Positions 1-12,863 of a stretch of DNA of 64,000 nucleotides are shown here, piece after piece; within the stretch, counting starts at the first letter, position 1; each line of letters starts with the position of its first letter. The notes beneath the pieces were generated by a model. It saw nothing but the letters and a program-made list of their open reading frames with translations, made no database searches and was not told where the DNA came from. Made by a program: the position numbers and the translations under genes. The stretch is from Octopus vulgaris (lineage: Eukaryota), in the NCBI GenBank assembly GCA_951406725.2, contig OX597821.1:35278001-35342000 (forward strand), written 5' to 3'.

Positions 1-212
1 GTTATGTAATCTCTCATATAGCTCTTATGGAATTACAAGAATATTTTAAATCACAAAATACATGATTATCTTTAAAGGATTCCAGCATAGCCGCACTCAA
101 ATGACTGAAACAAGTAAAAAAATAACATAATGAAAGAATATATAGATGTATACCTACATACATACATACATACATATACATATACATATATATATACATA
201 CATACATATATG

Positions 213-298
<86 letters not shown>

Positions 299-414
299 GA
301 GAGAGAGAAAGAAAGAGAGAAATAGAGAGAGAGAGAGAGAAATAGACAAATAGCGTTATAATCCGAACCTAAATAGTCTGTCGTCTGATTTCACAGCTTA
401 CTCAGCGTGTTGTC

Positions 415-494
<80 letters not shown>

Positions 495-733
495 CTTTGT
501 CTGTCCGTCTGTCTCTCTGTCTGTCTGTCTATGCATGCCTACGTACAAACACACATAAGTACATACACATAGGTAACAGATACGCACATATAAGAACAAG
601 CACGTACGCACACGCACACTCACACGCGCACTCAGACACAGATATAACTTTATAGTACTCAACTTCATGTCACCCGTTGGATCATTTCAGTATATGTAAA
701 TATAATATTCGGTACATGTGACCAAGTATATGT

Positions 734-795
<62 letters not shown>

Positions 796-1057
796 ATATG
801 TATGTATATAATGTCATGCTATGTGTGTATATTTGAGTATGTGTGTTGTAGACGAAGCTATTATTTTTACTCGGAATTACATATTAAGAAATGCCCAGTA
901 AGGAAAATATTCTGTTCAAACATCACCGGGTATGGATGGGTCTGTATAGAGAAATACAACTCTGCTTGAACGTGATACTTATCACGAGACATATTTATAC
1001 AAATGGCTATCTATCTCTCTATCTCTCCATCTACCTTTCTACTTTCCTCTCACCCTC

Positions 1058-1099
<42 letters not shown>

Positions 1100-1663
1100 A
1101 ATATCTTAGAATACAAGCAAGCATATGAATATCTAAATGCAGTTGTATATATAGTTTGAAATTCTGTTTATACACGTGTATGTATATCTGTGTATTCTTG
1201 TGTTGGTATGTCTATTTTCCGTCCCTACGCAGTGTGCTTTCCATAGTTTATATGTATGTTATTAGGGCTACTAATGTTTACATATCTTGTAGAGTCTTGG
1301 AAAACTAACCTATTTCTAGAACACATGAAAGCCCACATATGTATAAATTCCATTGTGTAAACACACACCACGGTAACATATGAATACATTTTCGTTTTCA
1401 GAAGACCTATATTTCAGCAAAGAAATTTAGTAAAATAAACTATAAAGAAGCGATAAGTATGTCATTTAAACAGATTTTTGTCACTATCCACATTATTAAT
1501 AATAATGAATCAGCATTGAACCCCTGAAGGATATGTTTCTCTCCCTTAGTAAGACTTCATTCAGCTGCAAGTGATTTAGAAAGTCACTGGATTTAACGGT
1601 GACTGATGTCTAATAGGCTTAAGCTACATGAGTAATTAATAAAGTATAATAATTATTGTTTGT

Positions 1664-1950
1664 GGAGGCACAAGGCCTAGTGGTTAGAGCAGCGGACTCA
1701 CGATCGAGGGATCGCAGGTTCGAATCTCAGACCGGTCAATGTGTGTGTTAATGAGCGAAAACACCTAAGCACCACGGAGGTAATGGCGAAACTTCTGCTG
1801 ATTCTTTCGCCACAACTTTCTCTCACACTTTCCTCCTGTATCTTGCAGCTCACCTGCGACGGACCGGCGTCCCGTCCAGGAGGGGAACCTATACGACAAG
1901 AAACAGGGAAACCGGCCCTTATGAGCCAAGCATGGCTCGAGAAGGAACAA
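1664..1950 (+). mobile_element. tRNA-derived SINE, family A head/body with tail 3
   Basis: GGAGGC start, A-box-like TAGTGGTTAG and B-box GGTTCGAATC. Body GAGCGAAAACACCTAAGC...CAACTTTCTCTCAC is shared with copies at 42124, 49274 and 50199. The tail contains CCTGCGACGGACCGGCGTCCCGTCCAGG and ends A-rich. Confidence 0.85.
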
Positions 1951-3094
1951 AAAAAATGCTTTGCCGTAGTAAATTTCACCATGTCTACCAGAAGGCTAGC
2001 TGGCGAAGCTAGTTAAGCTTAAGCGGTGGATTGAATGATTTGCGGTATTATTATATACGCCCTGTTACATTGTAGGCTTAAATGCCATCGGACTGTGCTA
2101 TTGTTGAAGATCTTGATAGAGTAAGTACCAGTAATATGCCGAGGTGAACGTTCGAAGCAACAGAAAATGTAGCACTATCCCATCTACCAAACTGTGTTTG
2201 CAATAGAGTGTACAAGCTGGTTTTTGCTTCCAATTAAATTGAGTTCTTTTTATGCATTGAACGTACCCAACAATGCACGAATGACATCCAATCAATATTA
2301 TTATGCGCTTTTGTACTTAAGAGAGGAACCATTATAATTCACGATAGATCTATGCGATTGTAAACTTCACCGAAAATATGGAATGTATAAAATTATATGA
2401 ATAAAAAGAAAAAAAAAACTCGAAGCTGTTAGTTTAACTATACCATCATTGTGTGTTTAATGTCTGAACATTTGTGTCAGTTCAATTTAGACAACGCCTG
2501 GGAATTTGTTGATGGAGAGTTGATGGATGTTCACCTTAAACTAAATATCGAAAAAAAACACACATTCTAACCGATTTTAAATGCTTATTGGAATAACGAT
2601 AAGGATAAAAGGCAAAAAGACCAAAACATCACGATTACATTCATGACTATAAAGATATTAATGGGAACCTACTAAAAGTGTTTGCATCTTCATGCAGGTT
2701 GGGAAGAGAATACAGTTTTTGAAGTAGTGCACTTAAGCATATCGATAAGAACGCAGGAATCGATTCCTTTCGTGGCCAGATCCACCAGAGGAGAAGGAAC
2801 GTTCACTTAAAATCAACGATTCTCTCGTGAAATTTGTAAAGCTGCTACAGTTTACATGAGTCAGATGTTAGATGATGTGATATTTCCTTCTTTACAACAT
2901 CATTAACAGTGTCTTGACTATTGGACAAAGTGAAATGTTAATGACAGAACAAGAACTGTCCACACATCTAGTCGTTCTCCGAAATAATATTGATTCAACC
3001 ATTAGAAAAGTCTGTACACGTTCTAGTATATATATATTTCGTATATTTATATTTCAACTTTGATCTACAGGAAATAGAGATTCGGTTATCGTCT

Positions 3095-3141
<47 letters not shown>

Positions 3142-3143
3142 TT

Positions 3144-3198
3144 ATTTATTTTATAGAAGGAGCTTCAATAAAGCTCCAGCTCCTTCTATAAAATAAAT
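3144..3198. repeat. Perfect 21-bp inverted repeat (hairpin) with 13-nt loop
   Basis: ATTTATTTTATAGAAGGAGCT (3144-3164) is the exact reverse complement of AGCTCCTTCTATAAAATAAAT (3178-3198). Confidence 0.85.
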
Positions 3199-3261
3199 TA
3201 CTTTACTCTGCTATGTATTGAGTACCTTATTCACTGTGGTTAACCCCGACTCAACCCGGGA

Positions 3262-3325
<64 letters not shown>

Positions 3326-4315
3326 GGCAGATTTTTTTATTTCAGAGCATAAGGAACTGTCAATAAATTCGCCAAGGTATTTAGGAACAAGACATTGAGA
3401 TACTCATACGTGGCTGTCTGATTAAGAAGATTGCTTAATAAATGTGTGGTTCTAGACTTGATCACAGTGAAGAGCACATTGGGCAATCTCTTCTTTCAGG
3501 TTGACCAATTAGCATGTGGGTGAAATTCGGTAAACGGAAACCGTTCTGAGGTCTGTGAGTATGTCTGTATATGTGTGAGGGTGTTTCTGTATGTATCTGT
3601 ATGGTTATGCATATACAACTCGAAGATATTCGTATACTTACGATATTTGTAACGCATTTATGTCAGTCTGGATTGGATATGTTACACTATCACCTCCAGA
3701 TTTGTTAAACCTCCTCCGACACACATACAACTTAATTTATACGTCATTTTTATATTAAGATGTTTCTATATATTTCTCATGAATCATATGTTTAGCGAAT
3801 ATTCAATCAATTCTGTTGTGCTTTTATTATTTGCATTATACTTTAATCTTATCCTCTTTAATCTTTTCTGTATGCATGTAATCATATCTAATCAACAGGT
3901 AACCAATTAGAGCCAACCAATTAATATACTTCCCAATTAATGCGTAACACCTATGTACTACTCATTCCACAGCTTCCAGCTTCCTTGTTCGATCACAAGT
4001 AATTGGTAAGCCAAATTCCTACTCAGAAAAGAGACTTCTATACTCTTAAGATCTCGACCACAATCCTACAGTAATACTCAAACACATGTGAATCACTAAA
4101 TGTTTTGATTGGGAATTGAACAAAAGTTAGGTTATATAACCTTATGCATATAACCTTAGTTTTGTTCCATTCTCAACCAAAACTGCCTGACGAATGGGAA
4201 CGTGGAACTCTGAGTAACAGTTATTGTGATGTCTTCGCACATGAATGTGAAGCAAGGTGGAAAAAATAGTACTCGAGAAATATGCTTTATTAATAAAGCT
4301 GCAAAGACGTCAGAA

Positions 4316-4358
4316 AAACAGTTACTCAGAGTTTCACGAACCCGTTCGTCGGACAGTT
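4316..4358 (-). ncRNA. Minimal type I hammerhead ribozyme-like motif (opposite arm)
   Basis: Minus strand reads AAACTGT-CCGACGA-ACG GGTT CGT-GAAAC-TCTGAGTA-ACTGTTT; stem II is ACG/CGT. Confidence 0.55.
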
Positions 4359-4433
4359 TTGCTCGTTAATGGAACAAAAGAAAGGTTATATAAGCTTATG
4401 CATATAACCTTATTTTTGCTCCATTCGCAAACA

Positions 4434-4476
4434 AAACTATCTGACGAATGGGAAGGTGAAACTCTGAGTAACAGTT
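4434..4476 (+). ncRNA. Minimal type I hammerhead ribozyme-like motif
   Basis: AAACTAT-CTGACGA-ATGGGAAGGT-GAAAC-TCTGAGTA-ACAGTT: CUGANGA and GAAA cores, palindromic stem III ACTC-T-GAGT, GUA triplet, stem I AACT../..AGTT. Confidence 0.6.
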
Positions 4477-4505
4477 GTGATGTCTTTGCAGCTTTATTAA
4501 TAAAG

Positions 4506-4663
4506 TGTTTCCTTGTTTCTCTCCTTGTTTTTTCTGTGTCCCTTTCTGTAGAAGAGCGTAGGCTCGAAACGTAAAAGACTTTTTCTATTCCTGAGCGTTA
4601 TACTAATACATTTGTTTGTTTTGTACACCACCTGTCTTCGTCTTTTTTTTTCGTAAACTCTCC

Positions 4664-4665
<2 letters not shown>
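4506..4665 (+). mobile_element. Dispersed repeat with hammerhead-like motif (probable Penelope-like pLTR remnant)
   Basis: GAAGA-GCGTAGGCTC-GAAACGTA at 4551-4573; a near-identical copy lies on the minus strand at 33170-33325. Confidence 0.55.
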
Positions 4666-4700
<35 letters not shown>

Positions 4701-5006
4701 GCTACATACTAGTATATGTATATATACATACTCCCATCAGTATTTACACACAGGTAGGTATACATTTAATTCAAGTGAAAGAATACTGGAATCAGTAAAC
4801 AAGAAACCAATTTTTATAGATACCATCGGCAGACATCAGAAATCAAGCAAAATTAAGCGAGACCAATCAATAAATCAATAGTGAAGACAACGAATGGTAT
4901 GTAATCCGATACAGTGCAGACTTTCCTATAATAAATTTAGTCTGAAAACGAATCAATGGATTTTCTTAAGTTCTACTTTTTAATCAAGTTATGTGTAACA
5001 CACATT

Positions 5007-5053
<47 letters not shown>

Positions 5054-5588
5054 ATACACTTACAAAAGTACACATATATACACGAGGAGACTTACAAAAA
5101 TGATCATAGATATTGACAAATGCGCACTGAAACATATATGATCATAATTTTCGATAGAAACGTACGCTGGTTTTGGCACACACAAGCCACTTCAGAATGC
5201 TTTTTATACACACATATTGACAGAAAGACAAAGACAAAGACAGAGATACACATATAAATGTATGCATTTATATAAACATAGTTATATATATATACATACA
5301 TGCATGCTTATATAGATACGTATACACATATACATATAAATATATATATATATAGGCATATATATATATCGGTATATATATATACATATATATATATATA
5401 CTCATACATATTTATATGTAACTAAATATATATGTGTGTGTAAATATGAACATGTATGTGTGTGTAAGTTGCACAATATGAAAGTATGTGGAAATACGCC
5501 TAAACACATCAACTTCATTCCCAATCTGATCGCCCACTATCTGAAAAATTGAAACACTACAAAGGCACCTATAATTATACATACATAC

Positions 5589-5626
<38 letters not shown>

Positions 5627-6063
5627 GTATACATATGTATGAATGTGAATATTTACATATATATGTATATAGGTATGTATATACATATTTATATAATTAT
5701 TGTAGCCTTTGTAGTGTGTTTCAATTTTACAGAATCTGGGTGATCAGATTATGAATAAATTTGACGTGTTCAAGCGTATTTTTATATACCTGCACACACA
5801 TTCACACACATATATACACACTATACATATATATATATATATTTATTTATTTATTTATTTATACATACCTGTATGTGCGCGTGTGTATGTATGTTTGCAT
5901 AGACTCAAGAAATGTAAAACATGTCAAAGCAGATAAAAGAACAATACTCACAGATAGACAGAAAGGCATTTTTCAAGAACTATACAGACACCAACATTAC
6001 GTAATAGCATCTTGTATGCTTGCATTTCATATATATATACATATACACATACATATACATGTG

Positions 6064-6120
<57 letters not shown>

Positions 6121-7518
6121 TTCCATATATGTATATATATATGTATATATATGTATCTATATATATATATATGTATAAAAATCTATCTATCTATATATAT
6201 ATATATATATATATATGAAGATATATATATGCATATAAATAAATATATATATATTTATATACACGTATATGTATATATATACATATACACACACACACAT
6301 ATATATATATATATACATCAAATGTATACGGAGCCATACACATACTGATACTCGCTTACATAAAGGAATTTAGATGTTCCACATGAAACACTGTACATGA
6401 CATTATGGACTTTCTTTTGAAATATATGTTTTTGTACTTGTAAGACTTCATAAACTTATCAAATGCAACCAAAACCACAACTTTACATGTTTTTTTTTAT
6501 ATGAACGCAAATGCACTAAAACTTACATTTGTGTGTAAACATCTGAACTTATAATCTTAAATACGTACAGTACTGTTGTAGAGAGATTCACATAATGAAC
6601 TCTTGAGAAATGCAAAACCTGGTTGCAATGGAAAAAAGAAAATAATATGGATACAGTTTGATTGAAGGTTTGCTTGCATACAAGAATAAAATATACTTTA
6701 TCGATCTTTGAGAAATGAAAGAAACAGAATCAAACTCAGTAGGATTTCAAACTAACAAAATAAGAATTAATGCACTGCCGGTCTTCTTCCGTAAAGGAAG
6801 GAAGTAACACCTACCTTTATTGACTTTATAGAAATGAAAGGAAAAAACTGAAACCAAGTAGAACTTGAACCAAGAGTAATAGAAAGCAGTGTTCTACTAT
6901 TTCCATTACTTCACAACTTTAACACTAATCCCTTTTATAAATGCATATATCATCCATTTATATCAGTAACATTAATGCATGCACCAAGCGATAAACATAT
7001 TTTAGGACACAAAATAAGTTAAACGTATATTTTGTTAAAGACGTATAGACAAATATTTCGAACCCATTTACATGCTTTTGGGTTTTTTTTTAGAGAATAT
7101 GGTGATGACTATCTCTTTCAAATGCAGATCTTTCAGTGAGTGTACGTACATACAAACCCTTTATGTGGTGCATTAGTCGCCAGTAGATATGTAAAATGCC
7201 GTTTACAAATAAGGTGGAGAGTTCATAGGAATGTTCAATAAATTGATTTGGAGTGCGGTGAGAAGAATGTAAACTTTTAGGTTCCTGCCTTTCTCTTTCT
7301 TCGAGGATTCTGGGAACAAAGCAAAAAAAAAAAAAAAAAAAAAACAAAAAAATACAATAATGGTATCATATCGCTTGGAGAGCGGCTTTTGAATTTTTTG
7401 ATTTCAGGTTCAGTCTCACTGCATGAAATCTTCGACTAATATCTTCAACTATAATCTCGAGCCGATAAAAAAAGCCTTGTAAATAGATTTGGTTGATAGA
7501 AACAAATAATCCCGTCAT

Positions 7519-7900
7519 GTACATACATACATACATACATACATACATACATACATACATACATACATACATACATACATACATGCATACATACATACAT
7601 ACATGCATGCATACATACATACATTCATGCATAGATACATACATACATACATGCATGCATGCATACATACGTACATACATATACATACATACATACATAC
7701 ATACATACATGCATGCATGCATACATACATACATACATACATACATACATACATACATACATACATGCATGCATACGTACATACATACATACATACATAC
7801 ATACATACATACATACATACATACATACATACATACATACATACATACATACATACATACATACATGCATACATGCATGCATGCATACATACATACATAT
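7519..7900. repeat. (TACA)n/(CATG) compound microsatellite
   Basis: Direct reading; source of the spurious HTYI/MYVC ORFs. Confidence 0.95.
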
Positions 7901-8526
7901 GCGTATATGTATATATGTGCGTGTGTGTACATACATATGCACACAACATTTATGTGTATATGTATGCATGTGTGTGTTTCTATGTGAGCATGCGTGTCTT
8001 AGCGTTTGCGTTTGTTCCCCAGCCTGTAACTGAGCTGTTCCGAAGAAAGCGGCCGATATAATGAGAACCAGACTAAAAGATTAAGTACTGGGTTAGATCT
8101 GTTCGACTAAATCCCGTTTTAGTGGAGCGCCATCATAGCCGCAGTCCAATGATTGAAGGAAGTAAAAGATAAGCCGGTGTGGTAGCCTTTTCTCCCCCTT
8201 TCAGATAAATGACATGAGCAAGGACGGAGTCTTGCTGATTCCGTCAGCTTAAATTCCTTATATCTTAATTACATCGCCTGATAAGTTCATCGAAGTTAAC
8301 CCCACCCCGTGTAAATATATCATCGTTGAATTAGTTTATTGTTGGTGAATTAACTGTTGGTAAATTTATTGCTTATTTCATTAATTTATAGGCAAAGTTT
8401 ATATTCCTTGTGAATCAACTTCGTTTTTTTTTTCTCCCCGGGTTCAATGAAATATAATCGATACAAGTATATCGGAATCGATATAATTGGCTATGCATCT
8501 CTCTTATTAATATTTGCAACCTTCTA

Positions 8527-8732
8527 AGGCGGTGAGCTGGCACAGTCATCAGCACGCCTGGCAAAATGCTTAGCGGCATTTAGTCCGCCTTTACGTTCTG
8601 ATTTTAAATTCCAACGAGGTCGACTTCACCATAGGGTGTCAATAAAATAAAGCACCAGTTAGGCAGTGGGGACGATGTAATCGACTATCATCTCGATCAA
8701 TGTATTAAGCACTGTGCCTCTATTAGAAAGAA
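8527..8732 (+). mobile_element. tRNA-derived SINE family D (diverged)
   Basis: AGGCGGTGAGCTGGCA...GAGGTCGACTT...GATGTAATCGACT; matches the copies at 11456 and 38451. Confidence 0.8.
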
Positions 8733-9744
8733 TATTTGCCACCTTGTGCCCATATATTTATTCAGCAGATACACAAATCTTGCAGGGAGGTCTTGTTCGT
8801 GGAATAATAAACTATTTTCAGGAGAAAATAATCTGTACTCAAACCGTATCAGTTCTCTTACAGCTCAAGATTTTAGGCTTAAATCAGAAGCGAGCGTTAC
8901 ATTTTTTTATAGACTAAAGTCAAAATGAAACCAAAATGTACATCTAAGTATAAACAAATGCTTCACCAGATACACACAGCACTTTCTTGTTATACATAAA
9001 CATAGACTGGTACAGACAAACAGTTTTCACTTAGATATAAACAGACCAAAATAAGAGATTGAAGAGCAGATACTTAAAGAAATTACATAAATATACATAT
9101 ATTTAGGTGAAAGATCAATAGAATATACTAAGACTCGTCAATAAGCAAACAATAAAACTTCTTACACACACATACATTACTTATGTAGTGTTAGGCACAC
9201 TAATTCTTCTCACTTACGCGTACACACACCTTTTGCACATAATTGCACAAACACAAATGCACACACATATACACATACACAGATGTACGTACACACACCT
9301 TATGCACACAATTGTTCACACACACATATACACGCACACACATTCACAGGCACAAACACATGACAGCATCAAATATTTGTTAATACACACACCGTATGAA
9401 CTCAAGTCATAACGAAAATTTCGCATAGATGCGACAGACACACATGACGCTCGCAATCATATAAAAACAGAAAACTAAATCTTGAAACTCTTCAAAGCTT
9501 TCGGAAAGCGTTCAGAGTTGTTGATAAATGCTGGGATTCTTAGGAAATCCCTTGCTTATTCAAACGTTACTTATTTGAAATGTTTGTCAGTGCTTCTGGT
9601 GGAAATCTGATTCTGAAACGTCTTGGTCAAAGCATTTTGTATCATTTACATTCCCACATTGTTTCATTAACCCATTCTCAAATTCTCCGTTTGTGCGTGT
9701 GTATGTGCACGCGCGCTTGTGTTTTGCGCTGTCTTCATATGCTA

Positions 9745-10156
9745 GTTTTTTTCGGTTTGAACGGTAGTTTTTAACATAATTTCTAGGTAACTAAAAAATT
9801 TTAAACTTCCTATACTGGTAGAATGTGTTTATAAAACATCTTTTTCTCTTAGCTTTATTGAGAAAATTCTATAGTTTCTAAGATATTTGTTGTTTTTTTT
9901 CTTCAATTTCTGCAATTTCAACCAATCACTAACGTCTATTGAGGTAAAAAAACATTCTGTGCCATAAGAATATGTCCCTCGTTTAAGAAACAGATTTGGT
10001 TTATTTACATTTGTGAAGAAAATAAAGATACCCTTCTTCCCACCCCTAACCCTAAAACAGCTTGAAATGCAATAGATCAATACTAAGGTCATAATTATGG
10101 ATGACAATTTCATATGATACCCCTAGAAAAAACTGCCGTTCAAACCGAAAAGATCC
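9745..10156. mobile_element. MITE (Merlin-like), copy 1
   Basis: Degenerate left TIR and right TIR AAAAACTGCCGTTCAAACCGAAAAGATCC; 8-bp TSD ATATGCTA at 9737-9744 and 10157-10164. Confidence 0.9.
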
Positions 10157-10824
10157 ATATGCTATATTCACAAATTCGTTGTGTCAGTTTCTTGTTCTTT
10201 TTTTTTTAATGCTTCCATATCTACTCTTCCTGAAATATCTAGAATTGTCAGTGAATGATGATTGGCAAGATACTTAAAACAGGTTTAGGTGAGACTTGTC
10301 ACCTACCGTTTCGTAAAACATTCCTTAATTTATCTATTATGGTTTCACAAAGCTTTGTTTGAGCTTTGTTTTCCTCCTGCATATTTTATGAAATCGGTAA
10401 AAGAATATTTGTGTGTATACATTTTTAAAAAAGCAGATTTTAATTAGAGAAATGTGAATAATAACATGTATGAAATGTCTAAGGGTTCAATCAGGCTCTC
10501 CCCACATGGCATAACAAGCTAAAGCTTGATAGAATAGAAAAAATAGGAGAAAAAGCGGGAAGAAAGTAGATGTAAAGCCATTACGTTGGCTAGACATCTA
10601 TGGGTTATGAAATCTAATGCCAACCCCCAAACAAATTTTCATAGTTTGGAATATGGTGCGTATATAATATATTCTTCAGCTTCAGATAGCTAAAATCGCG
10701 AAAATGCCGTAAATAAAAGATAACTTTAAAAACATTGTTTATGGGGAAAACCTGGCGTTGAAATTTTATGTTTATTTGAAACATCTTCTGCACTTAACGG
10801 ATGAATCGATGCAAACAAAAATGG

Positions 10825-11139
10825 CCGTCCGACAGTCATGAAGATGAGGGTTCCAGTTAATCCGATCAACGGAAATAGCCTGCTCGTGAAAAAAAAGGGG
10901 AGTGCAAGTGGTTGAGTACTCCACAGACACGCATACACTTAACGTAGTTCTCAGAGAGATTCAGTGTGACAGAATGTGACATGGTTTGCTCTTTGAATTA
11001 CATGTACAAGCCATGTTTGCCAGCAGAGTGAACTGAGGCAAAGTGAAATAGTGTCTTGCCCAAGAGGCAAAAAGTGCCACCAGGAACCGAACTCACGATC
11101 GTGAGGCGAATAGCCTGTCCACTTAGCCATGCGTCTTCA
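10825..11139 (-). mobile_element. SINE family B (CORE-like), diverged
   Basis: Reverse complement matches 40965-41294 (GAGAACTACGTTAAG, CTTGGGCAAGACACT, tRNA-like head). Confidence 0.8.
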
Positions 11140-11455
11140 GAATCGGTATAACAGACATAAGTGTGTGTGTGTGTGCGCGCGCGTGTGTGCGCGCGTGTGT
11201 TTGTGACGGAGATACAAGAGAGAGAGAGAGAGAAACAGAGGGGGAGAGAGAGTGTCTGTGCGTTTGTGTTCGTTTATATATACACAAATTTAGCATGATG
11301 ACGAAATAAACAGACTACACAGATAACACCAAGCACGTCTGACCCGACGTATTTGTAAAGTCAATTCATGTATGTTAAGGTTGTCAAGTATCACTTGCTA
11401 TAGAAGTTAGTAGAATATCCCACATCGAGAGGCCGACAATAAAATATACAATCTT

Positions 11456-11668
11456 AAGGCGGCGAGCTGGCAGAAGCGTTAGAACATCCGGCGAAATGCT
11501 TTGCGGTATTTCATCTGCCTTTACGTTCTGAATTCAAACTCCGCTGAGGTCGACATTGCCTTTGATCTTTTTGGTATCGTTAAATTAAGTACCAGTTGCA
11601 TACTGGGTGGATCTAATAGACTGGCCCCCTCCCCTAAAATTTCGGGCCTTGTACCTAGAGTAGAAAAG
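11456..11668 (+). mobile_element. SINE family D monomer (tail B)
   Basis: GGCGGCGAGCTGGCAGAA head, TAAATTAAGTACCAG core, tail GGCCCCCTCCCCTAAAATTTCGGGCCTTG; flanked by AATAAAATATACAA. Confidence 0.9.
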
Positions 11669-11687
11669 AATAAAATATACAACATTA

Positions 11688-12085
11688 CGGCGGCGAGCTG
11701 GCAGAAACGTTAGCACGCCGGACGGAATGCTTTCCGGTATTTCATCTTCCGTTACGTTCTTAGTTCAAATTCCGCAGAGGTCGACTTTGCCTTTCATCCC
11801 TTTGGGGTCGATAAATTAAGTACCAGTTACGCACTGGGGTCGATATAATCGACTTAATCCGTTTGTCTGTCCTTGTTTGTCCCCTCTGTGTGTAGCCCCC
11901 TTGTGGGTAGTAAAGAAATAAATATTTCGTCTGCCGTTACGTTCTGAGTTCAAATTCCGTTGAGGTCGACTTTGCCTTTCATCTTTTCAGAGTCGATAAA
12001 TAAGTACCAGTTGCATACTGGGTCGAACTAATCGACTGGCCCCCAGTCCCCCAAAATTTCGGGCCTTCTGCCCAGAGTATAAGAG
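11688..12085 (+). mobile_element. SINE family D composite: head-core-tailA-core-tailB
   Basis: The core GAGGTCGACTTTGCCTTTCATC...GTCGATAAA..AAGTACCAG occurs twice, followed by two different tails. Confidence 0.85.
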
Positions 12086-12590
12086 AATAAAATATACAAT
12101 ATGAACAACATGCATAACTAGCATGTTACTGACGTTCGACGTAGCATGAGACAATTAAATTCAACAAGTATAAAGAATATAGAACATTGCATTATTCATA
12201 AAATTAGTTCCATAATTTGTATTTTTCTAATGTAAATCAACGTACCTTTCTAATATATAGTATCGTGTATGTTAATTCTTAAAATAATGTTGGTTAATTT
12301 TAAATTGTGGTATATAAAATTTTGAATTTATTGTGTTCTATCCAGTAATTTATACGTTTCAGCTCGAAGAGTACACCATAGTGACAAAAGTTTAAAATTA
12401 ATCATTGTATTACGGCAATAAATACTCACATAAAAAACGTATTAAATACGAACGCTGAAAATAAAAAAAAAACGCACTTCAGTAAGCATTAAAAATGGAG
12501 AAATATATTTTTTCTTTAAGCTTACATAGCTACCAATACAATCTCTGTCTCTTTCACACAAATACGTACATACATACATACATACATACA

Positions 12591-12624
<34 letters not shown>

Positions 12625-12707
12625 CATACATGTATGTGTGAGTGTGTGTGTGTGTATCAATACATACATATATACATGTATGTATATGCATGTATTCATA
12701 TATAGAG

Positions 12708-12766
<59 letters not shown>

Positions 12767-12793
12767 TATACCTCATTCAGAGATTTATTATTG

Positions 12794-12863
<70 letters not shown>

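Larger units (their letters stand above)
4115..4505. mobile_element. Fold-back element (palindrome 4285-4505 plus a partial extra copy 4115-4240), probably inverted Penelope-like pLTRs
   Basis: Arms 4285-4392 and 4402-4505 are imperfect reverse complements. 4115-4240 repeats the centre and right arm. Each arm carries a C(T/C)GACGA...G(A/G)AACTCTGAGTA motif. Confidence 0.7.

Noticed and set aside
14-1109. ORFs rich in YI, LSIY, HT, VCMY (and the many similar ORFs across the window)
   Set aside because: They are translations of (TA)n, (CTAT)n, (CA)n and (TACA)n microsatellites.
1664-1735. tRNA-like sequence (also at 40965, 42124, 49274, 50199)
   Set aside because: These are SINE heads: no proper acceptor stem, and they continue into the repeated SINE body.
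2000-2890. Possible decayed piggyBac-like transposase (IRIKGKK-like peptide)
   Set aside because: A single weak motif, no TIR or TTAA found, and many stops.
7090-7347. Minus-strand poly-T..CAG splice acceptor followed by an open frame
   Set aside because: No recognisable protein similarity, clear donor or partner exons; would need RNA-seq.
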